Shown here: one piece after another, positions 26,238 through 32,000 of the stretch
Layout: the number at the start of each line of letters is the position of its first letter
How positions within the stretch are numbered: the stretch's first letter is position 1
DNA from: Wigglesworthia glossinidia endosymbiont of Glossina morsitans morsitans (Yale colony)
Lineage (GTDB): Bacteria; Pseudomonadota; Gammaproteobacteria; Enterobacterales; Enterobacteriaceae
Length of the DNA: 32,000 bases
Assembly: GCF_000247565.1 (NCBI RefSeq)
Contig: NC_016893.1
Coordinates: 270,001-302,000, forward strand
Direction of reading: 5' to 3'
Position numbers and translations under genes: made by a program
The notes under the pieces: model-generated
What the model saw: only the letters and a program-made list of their open reading frames with translations
Database searches by the model: none
Told to the model about the DNA's origin: nothing

Positions 26238-26655
26238 TTATTTAATTTTTAAATTTAAATTTGTTGCAACTTTATCTAATACTCCATTAATAAATTTATG
26301 ACTTTTTTCTGCACCAAAAATTTTTGCCAATTCAATTGCTTCATTAATCGCAACTTTATATGGAATTTCTGTATCATGATACAATTCAAATATAGCTATT
26401 CTAAGTACAGATAATTCTATATGACAAATTTGTTGTATACTACGTGATAACAAGCATGGTAATATTAATTTATCTAAATTATTTTTGTTTTTAATTACTC
26501 CATAATATATTTTTTTAAAATAATTAATATCTATGCATTTTTTTTTTATTTAATAAAACATATTTTTGAATTTCTAATATGTTGTTATTAGAAACTTGCC
26601 AAGAATAAAGCGCCTGCAAAGCACATTGCCTAGCATGCCTGCGATAGGTACTCAT
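26238..26655 (-). pseudogene. nusB: Transcription antitermination factor NusB, frame broken by a 1-nt shift in an A10 tract
   Basis: The ATG at 26655 opens [39 protein letters not shown] (E. coli [26 protein letters not shown]...). After A10 the frame hits a stop (MHRY*). The frame obtained by removing one A reads [52 protein letters not shown]... and runs into listed ORF 26238..26453 ([31 protein letters not shown]). With A9 the gene is 138 codons (E. coli 139). Confidence 0.87.
26538..26547 (-). repeat. A10 homopolymer (T10 on + strand) at the nusB frameshift site
   Basis: Counted directly in 'ctatgcatttttttttttatt'. Confidence 0.9.
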
Positions 26656-26673
26656 ATAATTTAATTCCTTAAT

Positions 26674-27138
26674 TTATATATTTTTTAATAAATTTATCAT
26701 TTCTAGCAAAGATAATGCTGCATCCGATCCTCTATTACCTAACTTTGCTCCTGCTCTATCTATACCTTGTTGAATATTGTTGAGATATAAAATACTTGAA
26801 ATAATCGGAACATTATTTTCTATACTTATATTTGATATAATAACATTCAAATCTCGAGAAATAATTTCAAAATGTAAAGTTTCTCCTTTAATTATTGTTC
26901 CTATAGTAATAAATCCATTATATCTTTTTTTCATTATTAAATTTTTAATTGTCAAAGGTATTTCGCATACACCTGGTACCCAGATGGTATGTATATTTTC
27001 ATAACTTATTTGACCAACAAGTTTTAATGTGCTAATTGCACCATCGAGTAAGTTTTTATTAATAAACTCATTAAACCGTGCTACAACGATAGCAATTTTT
27101 ATATGAGAGGATTTTAGTGAATTTTCAATAATCTTCAT
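26674..27138 (-). CDS. ribH: 6,7-dimethyl-8-ribityllumazine synthase
   Basis: 154 aa (IAIVVARFNEFI, VPGVCEIPL, F..I.. pattern, GTKAGN-like AGAKLGNRGSDAALS.LEM), collinear with E. coli RibH/RibE. It lies between ribD and nusB as in E. coli. Confidence 0.93.
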   Translation of the reverse strand: MKIIENSLKSSHIKIAIVVARFNEFINKNLLDGAISTLKLVGQISYENIHTIWVPGVCEIPLTIKNLIMKKRYNGFITIGTIIKGETLHFEIISRDLNVIISNISIENNVPIISSILYLNNIQQGIDRAGAKLGNRGSDAALSLLEMINLLKNI

Positions 27139-27183
27139 AATAATCCTTATAAAATAATTTTCATTAAATAAAATTCAAAATTT

Positions 27184-28326
27184 TTATTTAATAGGTTTTA
27201 AATTTAATCGAACATCTTCACCGATTCTATATACATTAGATATAAGAAATTTTGGTGCATTATCTAAATCGATTATTTTAGATAAAAAAAATAAAGGAAA
27301 TGCGTGTTCTCCTAGAATTTTAGGAGCTTGATATAATATGATTTCATCTAATAAACCTGCATTTAAAAATGCACCAGATAAACGTGCACCAGATTCTATT
27401 AGAATATTATTAATATTGAAATTCCCTAATTTTAACATTAAAGATAGTAAATTGATATTTTTTGAATTTTGATCTACATCATTTATATGATGTAAAACAA
27501 TTTTTTCTATAGAGCTTGGCCAATTTAAATTATCTTTTTTTGTTCTAACTAATAAAATTTTACCTTGTTCTTTAAAAAATAAATTTTCTGGTGTAATTTG
27601 ATTTAAATTATCAATTACAATTCTAATTGGTTGCCTAACTTCATTTTTTGGATATATATTTTTTATTTTTCTAGAAAATTCATCCCATCTAACTGTTAAT
27701 TTTGACTGATCTTTTAAAATACTAGTAGCACTAGACAAAATTGCATCGCTTTCTGCACGAAGTTCTTGTACGTTCTGACGAGATTTTAATGATGTAATCC
27801 ATTTACTTACTCCATATTTGGTTGCAGTACGTCCGTCTAAGGTAGCAGCTAATTTTAGCTTAATCCATGGAATACCAGATTTCATACGTTTAAAAAAACC
27901 AACATTTAAATTTTTAGCAACATTTTGCATAAAATTATATTTTACTTCAATTCCTGATTTTTTTAAAATTTCGAAGCCTTTACCTGACACTTTAGGGTTA
28001 GGATCAATAGTAGATGCTATCACCTTTTTAACTTTTGCTTTAACTAAAGCATGTGCGCATGATGGAGTTTTTCCGTGATAGCTGCATGGTTCCAAAGTTA
28101 CATAAACTGTAGAACCTTGTACGCATGTTTTAGTAGATTTTAATGCAGATATTTCTGCATGATCAGATCCTGATTTTTTATGATAACCTTCTCCTATAAT
28201 GCAATTATTTTTTACAATCACACAACCGACGTTTGGATTAGGCGAAGTAGTAAAACGACCTAATCGTGCTAATTCGAATGCTCGAGATAAATATATTTTA
28301 TCTTTTTGAGTAAAATTTTTTTTCAT
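27184..28326 (-). CDS. ribD: Bifunctional riboflavin biosynthesis protein RibD (pyrimidine deaminase / uracil reductase)
   Basis: 380 aa with deaminase zinc motifs DHAEISAL and TLEPCSYHGKTPSCAHAL. The reductase half has KLAATLDGR and ESGARLSGAFL. Confidence 0.94.
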   Translation of the reverse strand: MKKNFTQKDKIYLSRAFELARLGRFTTSPNPNVGCVIVKNNCIIGEGYHKKSGSDHAEISALKSTKTCVQGSTVYVTLEPCSYHGKTPSCAHALVKAKVKKVIASTIDPNPKVSGKGFEILKKSGIEVKYNFMQNVAKNLNVGFFKRMKSGIPWIKLKLAATLDGRTATKYGVSKWITSLKSRQNVQELRAESDAILSSATSILKDQSKLTVRWDEFSRKIKNIYPKNEVRQPIRIVIDNLNQITPENLFFKEQGKILLVRTKKDNLNWPSSIEKIVLHHINDVDQNSKNINLLSLMLKLGNFNINNILIESGARLSGAFLNAGLLDEIILYQAPKILGEHAFPLFFLSKIIDLDNAPKFLISNVYRIGEDVRLNLKPIK

Positions 28327-28687
28327 ATTGCAATTTGCTAATATAAAATTTCAAATTTATTTTTTTTATTGTAAAATGGAATTATTTAAATTGATCATAT
28401 CAATGTTTTTATAAAAATGTATTTATATTATATCATACAACTCTAAAATAAAATAATGTTAAAATATTTTAATTTTATAGATTAATTATTTTAATGTAGT
28501 CAAGTATCAATTTTTAGTTATTTATTAATTAAAAAACATTTAATATTAAAAATATTTATAATTCATAGTTCTTTTTTTTAAAAAAAACTTAAATATATCA
28601 TATTTTATCGTTTTTTATTATACGTATGTTGCAATTATTAAAAGTTAATTTTGTACTGAATATATTTTATAAATATGCATATTTTTA

Positions 28688-29617
28688 TCAAAAACTTTTA
28701 TTAAATATTACAGCTAAAATAGCTTGTCTTACAAATATACCATTTGCTGCTTGTTGAAAATAATAAGCATGATTTGTACTGTCTACTTCATATGAAATTT
28801 CATCCGCTCTAGGTAGAGGATGTAATATTTTAAGTGTTTTTTTTGCAAAAAATAAATCTTTTCTACTCAAAACAAATTTTGCATGAATTTTTGCGTATTC
28901 AGATACGTCTAAACGTTCTTTTTGGATTCTAGTCATGTAAAGTATATCAATACGTTTAATTACGTCTTTTACTTCATTATGAAAATAATATTCTATTTTT
29001 TTTTCTTTTAAAATATTAATAATGTACTTGGGCAGCATAAGTTCTTGATGAGCAATGAAATGAATACGATTGTTTTTAAATTTTGATAAAGCTTGAGTAA
29101 GTGAGTGTACGGTTCTACTATATTTTAGGTCACCTACAATTGCTATTTCAAGATGATTTAATCTCCCTTGTGTATCTTGAATGCTAAATAAATCTAAAAT
29201 TGTTTGCGTAGGATGTTGATTTGAGCCATCTCCAGCATTGATGACTGGTATTCCTCCGGAATGTTCAGAAGCTAATTTAGATGCTCCTTCTTTAGGATGT
29301 CGTAAAATAATAGCATCTACATACTTGCTAATTACTAAAATAGTATCTATAAAACTTTCTCCTTTTTTTGCTAAAGATGTATGTGATGCGTCAGAAAATC
29401 CTATTGATGATGCTCCTAATCGATAAATAGCAGACTCAAAAGATAATCTTGTACGAGTAGATGCTTCTAAAAAACAAACTGCGATAATTTTATTTTTTAA
29501 TAATTTTGGTTGAGATTTATTTTTTAGTTGAAAAGCAATTTTAAGAATCAATTGAAGATGATCTTTAGTAAAATCGCTTATTGAAATGAGGTGTTTTTTG
29601 TATAATGGATTTATCAT
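28688..29617 (-). CDS. pyrB: Aspartate carbamoyltransferase catalytic subunit
   Basis: 309 aa with [35 protein letters not shown] and [10 protein letters not shown]. No pyrI ORF follows it. Confidence 0.95.
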   Translation of the reverse strand: MINPLYKKHLISISDFTKDHLQLILKIAFQLKNKSQPKLLKNKIIAVCFLEASTRTRLSFESAIYRLGASSIGFSDASHTSLAKKGESFIDTILVISKYVDAIILRHPKEGASKLASEHSGGIPVINAGDGSNQHPTQTILDLFSIQDTQGRLNHLEIAIVGDLKYSRTVHSLTQALSKFKNNRIHFIAHQELMLPKYIINILKEKKIEYYFHNEVKDVIKRIDILYMTRIQKERLDVSEYAKIHAKFVLSRKDLFFAKKTLKILHPLPRADEISYEVDSTNHAYYFQQAANGIFVRQAILAVIFNKSF

Positions 29618-29680
29618 AACTATGTTTATAAAGAATAGTATACAACTTTATTCTATTTCATTAGGTAATTAGTATGTGCA

Positions 29681-32000
29681 TTATCCTAAATATAATTCGA
29701 CATTTTTTATGAGCTTTGGATTTTCATTTAAATTTTTTTTAGAATTTTTTAAATTAAAATTAATACTTTTTAAATTAAATATTTTGCAAAATATATCCAT
29801 ATATTGGATAATAAAATCTATTTCTTCTCGAGTGCAGTTTATTAAATATGCGTTTATTGGCTGCTTAAGAGGAATTTTCATATCAGTTTTTAATATTCTT
29901 ATTTCAATCAGAATTTTTTTAAACCATTCTACTAAACAATACTGATGCTCGTCATCTAAAGATAAGAATACTTTTTCGGGAAATTTTTCGAGCATAAGTA
30001 TACTTTTTGTTGTCTTTCCAAATTTTTTTTGAAAACTTTGCCAAATTTCTTCAGTAATAAATGGAACAAAAGGATGTAATATTTTTAATAAATTTTTTAA
30101 TATAGTGAGTAAAGTATAATATGTACTCTCTAAATATAAAATAATTTTTTCTTTAAAAATCATTTTACTAATTTCTAAATACCAATCACAAAATTGATGC
30201 CATATAAATTGATATAAATTATTTGCAGACAAATCAAATCTGAAATTATCTAAATATTTTATATGTAATTCTAAAATTTTATTATATTTATAAAATATCC
30301 AATTGTCTAAAGGAGAAAAATAAATTTTATTTTTATCAAAATTTATTTTTTTATTTTCTGTATTTATAAATATGAACCGACTAGCATGCCATAATTTATT
30401 GCAAAAATTTTTGCATCCTATTATTTGATTAATTTTAACATTAATATTTCTAGTATTTGCAGCAATAAAAGCCATACTAAAACGCAATGCATCTGCTCCG
30501 CATGCTTGGATCCCATTTGGAAATTCTTTTTTTGTAGAATTTTCAATTTCTTTTTTTAAATTTAAATCGTATATATTTTGTGTTCTTTTTTGTAATAATT
30601 CGTAAAGCGAAATTCCGTCGATTATATCTATAGGATCAATAACATTTCCTTCAGATTTTGACATCTTTTTTCCGTACTGATCCCTAATAAGTCCAGTAAT
30701 ATAAATTTTATTAAACGGGATATGAGATTTTCCAGATGAATCTTTTACTATATACATAGTTAACATAATCATACGAGCAATCCAAAAATAAATAATATCA
30801 AAGCCACTAACTATTATATTTGTAGGATGAAACATATTAAAATATAAAGATTTTTCAGGCCATCCCAATGATACAAAACTCCATACTGCAGAAGAAAACC
30901 ATGTATCTAATACGTCTTCGTCTTGTACAAGTTTGATATCTGTTTTTATTTTAAATTTTTTTCTTATTTCAGATTCGTTGTTTCCTGCATATGGAACTTG
31001 GTTGTTGTCGTACCAAATTGGAATTTGATGACCCCACCATATTTGACGAGATATGCACCAATCTTCAATATTATTCATCCAGCTAAAATATAAATTTTCG
31101 TATTGCTTTGGTATAAATTCAATTTTACCGTCTTTAACGGCTTTCATGGCAGTTTTTGCTAAAGATTTCACTTTTAAATACCACTGATGTGTTATCATGG
31201 GTTCTAAAATAACATTACTGCGATCTCCTACTGGAAATTTAATTTTTTTCAACTGCACTTTAGTGATATATCCTAATTCTTTTAATTTTTTTATAACTAG
31301 TATACGCAATTTATTTTTTTCTATATTATGAAATTCTTCTGGAATATTAATTTTAGAATTTTTAATTATTTTACCTTGATAATCAAATACCTCCGGTAAT
31401 TCACGCAGATTACCAGAAAATGTAAAAATATTTATCATGTTTAATTTATGTTTTTTACATATATTAAAATCATTAAAATCATGTGCAGGAGTAATCTTTA
31501 AGCAACCAGTACCAAGTTCCATATTAACATGAGAGTCTTCTATTATAGGAACAGTACGATTTAACAACGGTACAATAACACATTTTCCAATTAAATTTTG
31601 ATATCGAGTATCTTCGGGGTTTACTGCAACAGCGACATCGCCAAAAATAGTTTCTGGTCGAGTAGTAGCGACTTCTAAAAAGTTTAGTCCTTCTTTTGTT
31701 TTTAAATGATTATCTATTTTATATTTTAAGTGCCACATTTTTGAGTTTTTTTCATAATGTTTGACCTCTAAATCTGATATAACAGTATTTAGTTTTGTAT
31801 CCCAATATATTAAACGATTCTTTCTATATATTAATTTTTTTTCATATAATCTTAAAAAGATATTACGAATAGATTTTGATGCCTGTTCATCCATTGTAAA
31901 TCTTAACAAATCAAAATCTGCAGTACATCCTAATCGTTTAATTTGTTTAATAATTAATTTTTCTGCTATTTTTTTCCATTTCCAGGCTTTTCGGAGAAAT
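29681..32000 (-). CDS. valS: Valine--tRNA ligase, 5'-truncated by the window edge
   Basis: The listed ORF (742 aa) matches the ValRS body and C-terminus (RFTMDE, WCISRQIWWGHQIP, KMSKSEGNVIDP, GADALRF). My translation upstream of the listed start stays open and homologous to the window end (FLRKAWKWKKIAEKLIIKQIKRLGCTADFDLLRFTMDE versus E. coli ..IWEWK....[21 protein letters not shown]). The N-terminus with the HIGH motif therefore lies beyond 32000. Confidence 0.95.
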   Translation of the reverse strand, partial: FLRKAWKWKKIAEKLIIKQIKRLGCTADFDLLRFTMDEQASKSIRNIFLRLYEKKLIYRKNRLIYWDTKLNTVISDLEVKHYEKNSKMWHLKYKIDNHLKTKEGLNFLEVATTRPETIFGDVAVAVNPEDTRYQNLIGKCVIVPLLNRTVPIIEDSHVNMELGTGCLKITPAHDFNDFNICKKHKLNMINIFTFSGNLRELPEVFDYQGKIIKNSKINIPEEFHNIEKNKLRILVIKKLKELGYITKVQLKKIKFPVGDRSNVILEPMITHQWYLKVKSLAKTAMKAVKDGKIEFIPKQYENLYFSWMNNIEDWCISRQIWWGHQIPIWYDNNQVPYAGNNESEIRKKFKIKTDIKLVQDEDVLDTWFSSAVWSFVSLGWPEKSLYFNMFHPTNIIVSGFDIIYFWIARMIMLTMYIVKDSSGKSHIPFNKIYITGLIRDQYGKKMSKSEGNVIDPIDIIDGISLYELLQKRTQNIYDLNLKKEIENSTKKEFPNGIQACGADALRFSMAFIAANTRNINVKINQIIGCKNFCNKLWHASRFIFINTENKKINFDKNKIYFSPLDNWIFYKYNKILELHIKYLDNFRFDLSANNLYQFIWHQFCDWYLEISKMIFKEKIILYLESTYYTLLTILKNLLKILHPFVPFITEEIWQSFQKKFGKTTKSILMLEKFPEKVFLSLDDEHQYCLVEWFKKILIEIRILKTDMKIPLKQPINAYLINCTREEIDFIIQYMDIFCKIFNLKSINFNLKNSKKNLNENPKLIKNVELYLG

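Noticed and set aside
26777-29945. Plus-strand ORFs 26777..27004, 27818..28078, 29238..29426 and 29676..29945
   Set aside because: They are antisense to ribH, ribD, pyrB and valS respectively, all of which have strong homology on the minus strand.
1-32000. Search for CRISPR arrays, IS elements or transposases, phage genes, toxin-antitoxin pairs, and rRNA or other structured ncRNA genes
   Set aside because: None seen. The only G+C-rich non-coding island with stable stems is the single tRNA, and there are no spaced direct-repeat arrays or terminal inverted repeats.

Overview
The window is very AT-rich (about four-fifths A+T by eye), tightly packed, and has no mobile elements or CRISPR. It looks like a reduced genome of an obligate Enterobacterales insect endosymbiont of the Wigglesworthia, Blochmannia or Buchnera type. 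The riboflavin and thiamin genes and the very low GC make Wigglesworthia-like my best guess, but this is unverified. Almost every long ORF matches a core E. coli gene when aligned by eye against recalled E. coli proteins. Gene order: serC(partial)-aroA-cmk-rpsA, tamA-tamB, ppa, fbp, ispB, rplU-rpmA-obgE, ubiF, uppP-folB-tsaD, rpsU-dnaG-rpoD-tRNA-Ile2(CAU), then pgpA-thiL-nusB-ribH-ribD, pyrB, valS(partial). These form about seven ancestral E. coli synteny blocks joined together. The leads, in order: (1) An orphan 270-aa ToxR/CadC-type membrane-anchored winged-helix regulator lies 62 bp from the tRNA, at the junction of two synteny blocks. Upstream of it is a 1.15-kb ORF-free hyper-AT spacer and an unusually G+C-rich leader with tandem repeats. 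(2) Three conserved genes (nusB, thiL, uppP) are each broken by a 1-nt frameshift inside an A10-A14 homopolymer, while homology continues in the shifted frame. This is the signature of poly(A) transcriptional-slippage rescue or of homopolymer sequencing error. (3) Canonical catalytic motifs are substituted in otherwise well-conserved proteins: Obg P-loop K->R and DxxG->DxxS, IspB DDxxD->NDxxD, UbiF GxGxxG->GxSxxG, and UppP SRSG->SRLG. I found no multi-gene cluster of unknown function. The regulator plus its spacer is the only non-housekeeping content.
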